Positions 1 through 13,800 of a stretch of DNA of 64,000 bases are shown piece by piece (the stretch's first letter is position 1; the number at the start of each line of letters is the position of its first letter). The notes beneath the pieces were generated by a model. It saw only the letters and a program-made list of their open reading frames with translations, was not told the origin of the DNA and made no database searches. This DNA is from Octopus bimaculoides (taxonomy: Eukaryota), in contig NC_068984.1 in the NCBI RefSeq assembly GCF_001194135.2, positions 1,444,980 to 1,508,979 of the forward strand. The letters are read 5' to 3'. A program made the position numbers and the translations under genes.

Positions 1-45
<45 letters not shown>

Positions 46-515
46 TAACAGCAGATATTTCTGATGGAGACAAATATTAAACGGTATATATTTATAGATA
101 ATAGTAATTGAAAAATGAAAAGAACAAAGAGAACTGCTACTGAGAATGAAACCAAGTACTCCTTACAACATGTCTATTCAGTAGATAAGACATATCTACC
201 TGGAGTATTATAATCATATGAAATATGGTTGCATTTAATATGTTCGATCTTATTTCTCATTCTTGAATTTCGTTCACAATTTCTGTTTAATATATATATA
301 TGTATATATAAATTGGTTTAACTGGGACTTCAAGTTTCACCTTTAAGGACCTATTGACCTTGGTTAAATATGCTGTTAAAGGATTCCCAGTCAAATCAAT
401 ATTATCAATACTATACTAAATGTATAGAGTCTCATCATCAGTAATATTTTGTTGTTTTTCAGTAAGCTGATCAACAAATAATACATACAATATATACATA
501 TAAATATATATATAT

Positions 516-519
516 ACAT

Positions 520-570
<51 letters not shown>

Positions 571-590
571 TGTATGTATGTAGATTACAC
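516..590 (+). repeat. (GATA)n microsatellite
   Basis: Seen directly. Confidence 0.95.
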
Positions 591-1807
591 TTATACTTAC
601 TTAATGACTGAGAGAAATAAAACTTAACCGTTGAGTCTTGTGGTTTGAGCCTCAATGAGGCATTGTACTCTATCAAAGAGTAAATAAAGTGCTGCACTTT
701 ACTCTAGATCACACTAACAAAACTAAGAGATTCTTGTCCTTGGGAAATGCAGAATTCCTAACAGAAAACCACTGAAGCAAATGTTTATGAAAATGTATAT
801 ATCGTTGTGTAACAACATTTTGGCCGTCAAACACATACATACACATATGTATGTATGTATGTATGTATAGAAATGATAAAGATATAGATATTAAAATAGT
901 TAAATATCTGGCTTATACGAGAAATATTTCTTTCCTTACATGTTACTGCTTGGTTATGAAGTGTTCATGCAAAAATAAAATAAATGCTATGGATTGACTG
1001 CTAAATTCCAAGTCAAGCACCATTGAGATGGTATACAGCCAGACAGTCTTCTAACAAACGTTTCTTTAGGCTGTTGTGTTCTTCAAATATTTACAGGCAC
1101 AAAGTTATAGGTTCCAAATGTGAACCAAATAGGTGCAATTTAATCATTCAGTAACATTTCACTTGGTTGCTTTCTTCATTTATTTAGAGGCACTATATTG
1201 CAAACAAATTTCAGATGGGGAACAAGTCCAATCAACATTCTATTTATAGATGCATTATACCAAATATATTCTGTTTTTTTTTTTGGTCCCCATCCCCATT
1301 ATTTGATATATTTCCATGGTAATGGCTTCAAAGACTCTGTAAATCCATTTATTTGCTGGAATTGTTAATCACTCAACCATGAAGGAGAATCGTTTTCTTC
1401 ACATAATTCTAAACTTCTTAGTATTTTACATGGTGTCTGAATCAATTCGCATTTTTGAAATATACTCCAGATAAGAATCAATCAGACAAGATCCAATTAA
1501 ATAATTGTACAAGAGATTCTGTGTATTTTATAGAATTAGAGTGCACAAGGGCCATTTTTCCTGATGTATTAATAAGTCCTAGATTGCAAACTGATACAGT
1601 TAAGTATTCTGTAGCCAATACACATTTTACAAATGACCACATCTTTGTTTGTAATGCTGTACCTATTGATATGCTTTGTAGAAGAGATGAAGAAGTCATG
1701 CTTCATCTCTGCTGAGATGAACTACAATAGCAGATGTTGATGAGAATAGTGAAGCAGTGTTTGTTTTGTGTTGCTATCAGCAAGGATTCCAGATAAGGAC
1801 CAACCAA

Positions 1808-2059
1808 TCATGATTCATTTAATCCAACATTTACATGGCCTACAACTGCTTCTGTGTCTTTTACACCTTGATATTTTTTGTATGGTTTGGTCCTTACCTT
1901 CATAAACTCTTCTTTGGATAACACATGGATGCCTGTTGCAGTTAGCAATTTCCCATGTCGTGTTTTCAGATGTCTTTTATATGTGTTACGGGTTTTGAAT
2001 TTTTGAGGACAGTCTTTGCATTCAAAAGGAGTTTCCCCTGTATGCCGCCGTAGGTGTTC
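1808..2059 (-). CDS. ZNF last coding exon, end of finger 3 and finger 4, stop codon
   Basis: EHLRRHTGETPFECKDCPQKFKTRNTYKRHLKTRHGK...NES*; TGA at 1810-1808. Confidence 0.92.
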   Translation of the reverse strand, partial: EHLRRHTGETPFECKDCPQKFKTRNTYKRHLKTRHGKLLTATGIHVLSKEEFMKVRTKPYKKYQGVKDTEAVVGHVNVGLNES

Positions 2060-5000
2060 CTTGATGAAAGAAAAGTAAAAAAAAAAAACAAATGAAAAAT
2101 TTGTTCTTTATGTTCATGATTATAGGGTTTACACAGTATTCAATTGGAAACTAAATATTGAGGGAATCAACAATTTGATCCTCCTGCTAACACAAAAATC
2201 CCAGTAATCACTCAAAGGGGTAGCAAGAAAAGAAACAGTTTTTGTTTTGTGATCAAAGACAGTTAAATTCAATTTGCTTGAATCATGAAACTTAAAGAGT
2301 GACAAACAGCAATTCCATATACAGATTTGTAAAATAGCCCACTTTCAAATGTCCTGCCAAAGCTATCATATTTGAATGCTTATAAGCTGCATTTTGTATT
2401 TTTTTAAAATATCACCAAAAAATCATTTCTATGTGAAGCTGGGCCTACATTATGTGCTTTAATGCACCAATAAACTTTTGTTTCTGACTATGTACTGCTG
2501 AAATAGGTGGGAGGTGCCTAATATGCCTGTGCATCTTTCATGCCATCCAATACAGTATATCTTTTTATCAAACATAGAAAACCAAATATAAAACCATTGT
2601 TATTCCACACATACACCCACACCTAAACTAGTAGATATATATTTAAATCTATTTCATCAATAAAATATAAGCCATAAAAGGCAGGTTGTCTTTGTATTGG
2701 TTATGATTTGAATAAGAGAACAAACTCCTTTCGACTGTATTTTATCTGATTAGAAAAAGGAGACAACAATGAAAAGAGGTGGCACAGCATTAGCAAAGCA
2801 AACAGAGTCCACGCTTCATACCCAGAAGCTCTCATACTAATTATAATCACAGCTTAGTCTGAAAAACTCACTTGTCAAAATTCAGACCCGAATATTTGCA
2901 AAATTTATCTTTAGTAACCAATCTTTACATTCCTCCGTGAACAGACCAAAATAATCCTTCACCTCTCAAATCCAACCACTATTTTAATCTCTAACTCAGT
3001 TGGAGGTTTCTTTTTTAGTGTTATATATAAAGGCTGTCAATTTTTAGTGGAAGGCTATGAGAGGTTATGATGTTGTTCTATTAGCAGCATAAAATAACCA
3101 AACATCAAAGACAATTCCTAGCCACCAGTACCTTACCTACTGCTACTGTCTCAAAGACTATGAAATAGCTTCAACATGAGACCCCATCACATCTCTCGAT
3201 AATAATCCCAAATGATACCTGCAAAGGTGTTGATTCTATTTTCTGCATCAAATAATGACACAACTTCATCTTAGAATACCAGCTTATATTGTATTTTAAT
3301 TATAAAATCAAAACAATTTGTTAAATAGACCAAGGAGGATTTGTTCTGAGTCTCCCAGTCTATAGAAACATGATTACTAAATGCCTTACACACTACACAT
3401 TGAACTTATGGAGTTTCTACCTACACATTTTCTACAGATTAAGCAGGGTCCTCTACCTGAAGGTATTTGCGATTTGTCCACTTTCCTACTTACTAAGACT
3501 TTGGTTTTGCTAGGTTAACTCTAAGGCCCTTCGATTTTAGACCTTCTTTCCATACCTGGAAATTCTTCTCTAGTTCTAGTAGTGATTCAGCTATAAGAGC
3601 AAGGTCATCAGTATAGACAAGCTCCAAGGGGCAGCTGTCTTGAATTCCTCTATTATTGCCTGGAGCACTACGTTGAACAAGAGGGGCTTTAGGATTGATC
3701 CTTAGTGAATCCCTACTTGTATCCTGAATTCTTCACTGTACTCATTGCCAACCCTCACCTTACTGCCAGAATCCCTGTACATGGCTTGTGCACCTCTCAC
3801 CAACCACTCAACTATCCCTAGTTTCTGCATTGACCACCAGATAAGGGATCAGGGGACCCTGTCAAGGGCTTTGTCCATGTCAACAAAAGCCAGGTACAGA
3901 GGTTTGTCTTTGGCTCGGTATTTCTCCTGCAGCTGTCTTGCCAGAAATATAACATCAGTGGTGCTTCTCCCTGGCACAAAACCAAACTGCATCTCATCTC
4001 ATCTAGCATTCGAAGATCATGCTTCACTACCTCATCCTATGTCTTCCTGTGCCTACCTCTACCACAGGTTCCTTCTACAGTTAGAGACCGGACTGAAATG
4101 ATAATTTGCCAAAATAAGAATACCACATCACATGAAATCACTGTCAACCATCCTTTTTTATACAGCAACAGAATATAAACTCACAACTAATACATTTTTT
4201 ACTTAACTATTACATCTTACAACAACAATAACATCAAAGCAACTGAAGTTACCTTAAAATGGCTCGGATGTCTAAATTTTCTCCCACAGTCTTTACATGT
4301 GAATCGACTTTGGTCATTATGAATTAGCATATGATAATTGAGACTGTGTTGTCTGGTAAATGATGTTCTGCATAGAAGGCACACAAAAGGTTTGATCCCT
4401 GAAAACAAGTGACCAGATAAAATAGAAAACATTAATTTCAGATCTTTAAAGAGAGATAAAGAATCATTTAATTTAAATTGTATCAAACAACCATCTCACA
4501 TTTATATACAGTGTACAGCTTTAAAAACACCTGCTACAGTTTCATTACAAAATAATTACAATCATTAAAATTCACTTTATAAATGCTTATCAATGACATT
4601 TTATGCAGCTAAAATTAACAGTCAGCTTTAAAATAAATGATAAAAACTTTAAAACAATATGTTGATCCAGATTGTTATTAACAAGGAAACAATCAAAAGA
4701 GAGAACTGGGTCACACAAAACATTAAATTAAAAAGGCTTTTCAAAGAGCTGCACAAATGCAAATGAAACTATAAAGAACAACAGCTCATGATGTAAACTG
4801 GTAGAATAAGCCTTAGGCAAATAAAAGGGGAGTGAATCACATCCCGGAATCGAACAATGTGTTTGTTGTATACGAGATGGCTGCAACTACTAGACGGAAG
4901 AGACCTACTCACTTTCAACCGTCTAAAATTAACACTATTTGCACAAACTTTATTTGTAGAGTGGAGTGCTATCATGGCACAAATGTCATTCAATTTCTGC

Positions 5001-8000
5001 AGGTGATTCTCTTTGCTTTTACCCTCTTATTTTTATCCTTTATATCATGAGTGTATTATAGCAGCTGTTTCTAAAGACTCAAAGCTTCAAAGGAACTTAG
5101 TTGATCTGGTTGCAATGATGGCATATGAAGATCTTACTATTAAATGTGAATAAGGTCTGAGGTCAGAACAAAGATTAATATTAGATTAGTTCCCAGGCAA
5201 AATGCTTAGTGGTATTTCGTCTTTCTTTATTGTATTCTGAGTTCAAATTCCACCGAGGTCGACTTTGCCTTTTGTCCTTTCAGAGTTGGTAAATTAAGTA
5301 CCAGTTGTGTACTGGGGTCGATCTAATCGACTGGCCCCCTCTCCAAAAATGTTGGGCCTTGTGCTTAGAGTAGAAAAGAACATTAGATTAATTCAAGGTG
5401 GTGAGCTGGCAGAATTGTTAGCACAGGAGAACAAGATGCTTTGCTCAAATTCCACTAAAGTTAATTTTGTCTTTCATCCTCTTGGAGTCGATACAAAATA
5501 CCAGTTGAGCACAGAGGTCAATGTAATTGACCAGCCCCACCACACACACTCCCCCCAAAATTTCAGGCCATGGGCTTTGATTACTTCATTTCACTTACCA
5601 GCATGACTGCGATAGTGATACATTAGTGTTGCACTAGCTGTAAAAGTTTTATTTAAACAAATTTGGCAAGTAAGGGAAATTTTCTCATCTTTCTTTCGGG
5701 CTTTTAGTTCTCGGATGCAGTGTAAAGCAGTTTTCTGGAATAGAAGTGAAAAAGAAAAATAAAGGATTTTCATTTCAACAAATTCCTTTACCTTATTTCA
5801 AATGCCTCCATTCCCCTTACTTTAAAAAGAAAAGAAAAACAAAAACCTACAATTTCGACAACAGAATGTGAAGATCTAGATTTCTATCATTTGTCTTTCA
5901 CTCTTCTATCTTTCAACTGAAACCAAATAAGAAAAACGACTCTGCACATGCTTCAACCAGCACCAGTTTCTACTCTCAAATCACTTTCTATTCTTTGCAA
6001 ACGATACAAAGACCAATCAGAAAACCTTACTTACTCTCTCCAAATCATCAATGACATTTTCATTATCTTCACTTTTCCTTCCATTGGATTCTTCCAGGTT
6101 CCTTTCACCTTCACTAAATGATTCCTCTTCTTCAGGCACTTGGATTTTCCCCTTCTTTGCTAAAGCTGATTTTGGCATCGGTGGATAAGGTTCTGAATAA
6201 CACAACATTACAATATATTGCCAACGGATCAATGTTACTTAAGTAGGATACATTTTGTCTTCGTTTTCCATAATTTGTTTTATCGATTAAAGGCTGACGT
6301 CATGACATTCACAGAAGAACTTCTGCACTGGACGTACTTAATGTGAAACAAATGCCAAAAAGTAGTCGTGCCTATCTATGTGTGCTTATATGTCTGAGTA
6401 TAGAAAGGTTGGCGGGAGGGATGGGCAGAATTGTTATAGCACTCTTTAAGCTCTCAGTTCAAATCCCATTGAGGTTAATTTTGCCTGTCATCATTGTGGG
6501 GTCAATAAAACAAAATACGAGTTCAAAGTTATGGGTTGGAGCGAGAATTAGGACATTGGGCAAAATAGTTTGAAATATTTGTTCTGATTGTTTATGTTCC
6601 AAGTAGTGAGGCAAGTTATGACAAACTGGTCAGTAGCTTAGCTACAGTCATCATGGAAATGACATTTCAGGGAACATTCTCTGATAGAGCTTCATGTCTT
6701 CCTAGAAGACATTAATGAGATGGCAAAGCAAAAAGTAACTAACATGCATAAATATATACACCACATAGCCACACCTAGTTACTATTACACACATACATAT
6801 ATATATATATATTCTATAATATAAATTGGACATGGGCGATCATTGTATTCTTTCTTGTCTCGAGGTTCACAGCCAAACGGCTGGGCGGATTCGTGTGAAA
6901 AATGGCACACATGTGGAGACGGGTGCATAGATTGGAATGCGATTTGTAATTTTTTCCTAGCCCCCATAGTTACCGAGAAAATTGATTAAAACTTTTTCTA
7001 ATGGAATTCCTTTGTTTGTTCCGCCATTAAAACAACCAGTTGCTCACACAGCCAGCATATACCACTTCGCTATCAACAAGGGGAGTACAGGATGACAGTC
7101 GGCTAAGACTTTCACTATGCTGTCTCTCTTCTTTCACCTCTTTGTGGGGTTAATAATCTTAATCTTTAGTTACAGTTTCTCATTCAAACTACATAACAGG
7201 CAGAATTGTCGGATTAAGACAGTAGGGTGTTTTGAGGGAGATTTGGCTGCTATTTCTACCAGGTCTAGCTACCATGTAGAGGTCTGAACTTAATTTTCAT
7301 TCACATATTTGCATTTCAAAAATTTAACATAATCAACTATCGTAAAAATTTTATACAATGACCTCACATTTTCTATGTATGTGTGTGTACCTTAAAAGAT
7401 GTCAATCATCATGACACACATCTTCACTCACTCACTCTATCTCTCTTTCTCTCTCACATACACACGCACACACACACGTCCATTTCATATATCTTCTTTC
7501 AATTTCTGCTCTCTGCAAATAAAATTTTTACGGATACAACTGCTTACAAAAATAGGAATTAATGTATAATTTCTTTCTATGTTCATAATTAAATCAATGA
7601 TTTCATGATTAGACAGAGGTCCAAGTCTTTCTCATTTCCTTACCCACTGTCCTCTATGCTTGCCATTTTTAAAGAGAATCCATTTCTCGTCACCAGTCAC
7701 TGTTCAGTCCAAAAAATGTTCATTCATGAGACGTGACAGCAAAGAAGAGTATACATTCACTCTCTGCTCGCGATTAGATGCAGAAAGTTAGTGAGGAACC
7801 CACTGACCCAATTTGCTGACTTTTCCAATGGCACAAAGGTGTCAATGAATGGTTAAACGACCACATCCAAGCTTCTCTGCTAGTTCCTCAACAGTCAGGA
7901 TGGGATTTTGTTCCACCAAGGTTTGCAGGACATCTCATTGAGCTCTACAGATCTTGCATGGGTTGGGCAGTTTGACCAGGGCTGGCCAGCTGCAAGGCTA

Positions 8001-10780
8001 AGCCAGACTCCAGTCTGATTTGGCATGGTTTTCTATGGCTGGATGCCCTTCCTAATCCCAACCACTCTGAGAGTGTGATGGGTGCTTTTATGTGCCACCG
8101 ACATGGGTTGCCAATTGCATGACAACAGTATCTGCCACAACTGCAATTTTACTTGGCTTAACGGGTCTTCTTCTCAAGCACAACATAATGCCAAAGGTCT
8201 TGGTCATTGATTCTGTGAGGCCCAACACTCCCTATTTATGTTAACGATAATGATGATATACATACATACATACATATATTTTTTTCTTACCGTCCAACTC
8301 ATGCCCAGCATGGAAAGTGGACGTTGATGATGATGATGTATATATGTATAAGAAAGGATGGATAATTGTTGGCTCATTACAGCTGTTTCTTATGTAACTT
8401 TTAATAGAAGAATGAGAACATTATAAAAGACCGTAATCATCAGATGAGAAATAATTTTACAAAATAGAAAAATATCCAAGAATACAGCAAGGATATGTCA
8501 GTTGAGGCCAGCTATGAATGGGAGAATGAGCAACTATGTAGGCAGTTTAGGTTAAGAATCTAGTTGTTCAAAGTGTCATGCGATATCTAAGGTCAGTGAC
8601 CTGGTTGAGAAGGAGTCTGCTAGGCTAGATCAGGGGTAGACTGGAGTGGGTTGTAGGAGAAAATTTATTATGGTAAGCTATGGGTTGTGTTAAATAAGGA
8701 GGGGGGGGGTCATAAAAACAATTAAGGATAAAGGAAAAAATGAGAAGATAAATCAAATGTAAAGGTGAAAGAAAAATAAAAAATAAAAATAAAGGCATAT
8801 GAGCTGATCAGGTATAGAGTTGGGGTATGGGAGTCTCTTGCTAATGGTATATGACCAGGAGAGGGGGATAAAGAAACACAGAAATTTCGGGGTATTTGGT
8901 GGATGTTGGTTGAAATTGGGAGTGAATGGAGGGAGGCAGAGTACAGAGGCCATCAAATAATAAGATCAAACTTATGGAATTAAAAGTTATAGTAAAGTAG
9001 AGTGTTACCTATCAATAAGGAGCTTAAAAAAATAAAAACTTTAAAGCAGGATGGGATTATATGAAATACACCTAGTTAGAGGAAATTGCAGACCAGAATC
9101 AGGAAGGCCAGCAACAGGAAGTAGTCTAATGATTAACAATATGGAATGTTAAATGGGTGACGATGATACCAAAATTGGATGGTGTAATCATCTTTGGGTG
9201 AATCAGGTGAAGCATCTCAAGACAATAGTCGTGGGTACGAGGTTTGGATAGTGTGTTCTATCTACTATATAACAAGGGCTGCTCCAAACTGTATGTTGGT
9301 GTAAGGAGTATGTAAGTAGTAGAAATGGAAACAAATTGTCTAGGGTGCGCAGGCTGCTACTAGAAGTTAAGTATCACTGTCATCGCTATTGCATCACAGA
9401 CAGAATAATTAGTTTCTTCAATATAGCACATGAAACAAGTATAGTAAGAGTGAAGATATTGGTAAAGGGAAAATGAGATTAGGAAAGCTCAGAAACGAAT
9501 GGGTAGAGTGATAGGTTAAAGGTCAGTGAAAGAGGGAGTAAATTGGATTGAACCTAGGTTGGGGGCTATTACAGAGATTGTTTAATGTCCTTAAATTATT
9601 TGAACTTGCTGGTAGCCTTATGTATAGAGGAAAAACGAAGGTCTAATTTATTATTTAGTAGATTTTCACAATTAGATCTCAAATGGCTCCATGTTGCAAA
9701 GTCTGAATTCGTATCTACTGTTTAAGTATGGTTTAGCGATCCTAATGATGTTCCAACTTAAATCAAAATTTAACATTGTTGTCTTTGAGCTCCTGAATCT
9801 TCATGGCTAGAGACAGCCTGACAGCTCTGTGCCTTAATTTAAAAGAGGAATAGTGGTCATGTAAGGGCCCCTTGAGATTTAAGGAGTAACTGATATAGGT
9901 ATAAACCACACTTTCTGCTAAAGCGGACAAGATGCCAATATTTTCTAATACTTGAAATTTATTGTTACTGTTATGTGATCTAACATTATTATTGCATATT
10001 GATACATGAATATATAGTTTCACAGTCAAGTGGAATACCACAAATTTACCTTCAACTATATCTATTATGTTCCCCTAATTTCTAATAATTTCATTCCCAT
10101 CTTCCTCCTTTCTTTCACCTTACTCTCACTCTTAAATATTCTCTTCCTTTTCTTCTCCTGACAATTTTACTTCTTAAAATTTTTCTCTTTTTTGATTCTG
10201 TTTAAATGTATATACTTGGGTGGTGCAACAATATATTTATTTATTTACCGTTGACATAGTAAACGACCCCAGCTTAATGTTCACAATCTTCCTCTTGTCA
10301 GTTTCAATCTAACCAAAACTCCACCCACTCTTCTTTTCTTTATTCTTAACAACTTTTGACAGTAGCCCACTCTCATATTTTCTTTCTTTATACATATGTT
10401 TTGTCATTGTTTTTCTGGCTTCACCACTCATTTTAAATCACATCCCCTGCCAATCAATTCGGGACCCCTTCACAACAATGTAAACTCCATTTTAACTAAG
10501 GTAGCTTTGGCCTGATGAGTAGCTAGTGGAGTACTCGTCATAGCGTAATTACTATTCTCGAGGTTCTTCTAGCTAGGAAACATGTAGCCTGGATTTTACT
10601 TGCTCTATTCCCTCAATTTGGATTTTTATTTGCATTCATAGCAACCCTAGATACTATGAACTATAAAATAACGTTTTTTCAGCTTCTCAAACTTCAATAT
10701 GAGAAAAACCTACAATGGACTGCTTGAACCTTACAAGCTTCCTACTACTAGATTATTGGATCTTAAAATTACATATCATT

Positions 10781-10835
<55 letters not shown>

Positions 10836-13800
10836 AATGAGAGTAACTAGATGTGACTGTTTGGTAAGAAGTTTGCTTTTCAACCACATAGCCTTAGTTC
10901 AATCCCATTGCGTGCTACATTGGGCAAGAGTCTTCTACTATGACCCCTGGACGACTAAAGCCTTGCGAGTAGATTTTGTGGATAGAAACTGAAAGAAGCA
11001 TGTCATATGTTTAAATATGCATGTATATTTGTGTGTGTCTGTGTGTCACCCTATCTTGAATGCTGTAAGCAAGTGTCACTGTCATATAAGCAGTATCGTT
11101 CATTTCAAATATTCTATGTAAACATGTCTGGTCATGGGGAAATATTACTTTGCCTGGAAACAGATGAGGGAAAACCTGACTCAAATAACTCTATCTGGTA
11201 CAATGGTAACTTTCATAAACACAAGGCACACCTAGCCAACCCACAGTTGATATGAAAATGCAATGTCAGCAAAATAACACATTTTTTAGTAAATATTGAA
11301 TAAAGAGATAACAAGAATATGATTAACTTACTCAGTCCACAATGTCCCAATGAATCTTCACTTGCTAATAAAATCTCTGGACAATCAACAATTTCTTCCA
11401 CTGACACTTCTGGAACATCCCCAGCATTACACAAACTGAACTCTAATATTGGAACCACTTCTTTATCACTTTCAGCTGAGTCAACATTTTCTTCATTGTC
11501 ACTGTTGTTGTTGTTATTGTTACATTCATCAGCATCCAAACGCTGATGAAAAGTTTCGATTCCACGTTTTTTACCAAAAATAGTTGTGTAGCAATGGTCA
11601 AGATAGGGCTGTGTCCTGTTTAATAGATCCACAATAAAAAGTTCATTTTCTTCAATTCTTTTTGCAGCATCTTTGGGAAGTGGATCCTCATCTACATGGG
11701 GAAATGAAGTTCTGTTGTTCTCCCCTTCAGCTGGGGCATCCATCTTGTTTGGAGACTTCAAAAGTGGGATAACAGCATTTGGTTTGTTGCACTTGGGTGG
11801 ATTTTTATTCTTTAATTGTTTTCTAGGATACAATTGTTTCTGGGTGGAGGTTCTTTGAGAACAGGAACCATTTTGGTTGGGTACAGCACTCTTTTCAGCT
11901 GAGACTTTACGTTTCTTCCAAGATCTAGTACACCTTGGTAAGATCTGTGCTTGATCAATGTCACAAATGTTGGCACTCTCAACTGGAACTTTGTTCTCAC
12001 AATGGGGTTCTTTGGAAGCCTTTAAACTGGTGAATGTTTTCCGCAATGGCCGTGTCCTCTGTTGGTTATTTCGATTTAGAGGGCTACTATTTACACATAC
12101 TGATTTTCTTTTCTTCATTTTATCCATTTCTAGAATAAATGATAGAGAATATATAATGTTTGTTTTTGTCAAATTGTAATAAAAATAATTTAACATTAAA
12201 CCAAAGAATTACTGAATACTTTTTGGCAGAGTACATGCTTATTAAACTATTGGAAGAAAAGAGTTAACAGGCCCAAACTTCAGAGTCACTATCACTCCTC
12301 TTCTTGCAAAAGTTGATTGTGTGTGTGTGTGTGTGTGTGTGCATGACAAAACAATTTTTCTAAAACTAGCATATTATTAGCTGTGAAAATAAGGCCTCTG
12401 GGTAGTAAATTTAAATATTGAAGGTTGCATTTGCTTTAATGAAAATAAAAGATTAAAAGGATATCAATGTTTTGCAAACTACTTTTGGCTAAAGTTGTTT
12501 TAATAGTTACAAATTTTAATAATATACTAATTACCTTAATTCCTCAATTACAAGTTCTAATTAAAGAGATTTATTATGCTATCTCATACAGCCTCCCTAA
12601 ATATCTATATACCATTACCTTACCCTATTTGCTACAAGACCCCTACAAAGCTGAACTGGCATCTTTTTATTCAGCCCCTCATTTGGTCAATGACATCAAC
12701 ACATACTATCGCTCCCCCATCTTCATTATTACTATACATGTTTTCATCTGTCACCCTTACTCAATACCTAAATGTACAAAAGAAATCCCTTTCTCTGCCT
12801 TAATGGTCTCAATTAACGAGAACAAGATATGTTACCTGATAGTCTCCGTTGTCGAACATGGACTGGTTCAGCAGTGAAAATAAATCTATACTTCCTTTCA
12901 GTATCTGCAGTAGAAAAAGATTGAAAGAAATTAAACCACACGCCCCCGCGTAACTTTTTATCTGTTTAGACAAACAATAGTGTAATGACTCTAATTGCTC
13001 AAACAGAACACCTTTACTTCTGCCAATTCATAATAATCATATTATCTCTCTTACACAGAACCAACCAAGTTGGTTTTATTTCTTCAACTGACAAATGGAT
13101 CATATTTAATCTGTTCATCAGCAGTGCCTGTAGATGTGCAATTGTCCCAGTTTCAACTTTATTATCGTACAATAATAAACTTCTAATAAATACATCAAAT
13201 TAGTTGGTTCCCATAATACCATATGGGACAATATTCCATTGCTGTCTTCACCTTGGAACCAATTAGGTGAATTAAGTATCAGATAGACAAAGCATCTTAT
13301 AGGTGCACAATACATTTTAAGTGTTTTCATTAGAAGTAAATAAATATTTTACTGCCAAAGAAAACAAATTGTTTAAGGATCCAAGACCATGGAATATTGT
13401 AATCATTTTAGAAAGTTTCATTTCTGATTGGTTATTGCAACACTTGGCCATTTTCATTGAATGCCAAATAAATTCTTAATCCTCTTTTCTACATGCTCTT
13501 TATATACAGCAACAAAACAAACCTTTATCTTTGTATATTAATCGTTAGCTATTCTTTTTTTTTTTAATTACTAAACTCTCCTTTTGCAATTTCAAATTTT
13601 TCATGTAGATGCTGACTTTCAAAAACAGCATCAGCTCCTATATGATCAGGTTTCAGTCACTAGAATGGTAAGCTAGTGACAGTCAGTATTGGCTTGAATT
13701 TGGATCATTATCTTAAGTCCCATCTTTGATGATTCTTTTCGTTGGAGCAATTATTGCTTTTCCTGCTGTAGAAATAAGAGTGGGACTTGAGAGTTGCCCA

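Noticed and set aside
395-445. Minus-strand CTGATGA followed by a CTATAC/GTATAG hairpin
   Set aside because: GAAA box and cleavage site are not recoverable. Similar over-decayed hammerhead-like traces at about 5050-5100, 6290-6360, 35845-35890 and 44930-44960 were also not called.
6813-7130. Helitron-like 5' start (TCTATAATATAAA...AAACGGCTGGGCGGATT)
   Set aside because: No matching 3' CTRR or hairpin found; probably a repeat but unclassifiable by eye.
9250-9312. Plus-strand SVFYLLYNKGCSKLYVG, resembling a GIY-YIG motif
   Set aside because: The surrounding Penelope motifs are all on the minus strand, where the same bases give the YTNI RT motif. Treated as chance.
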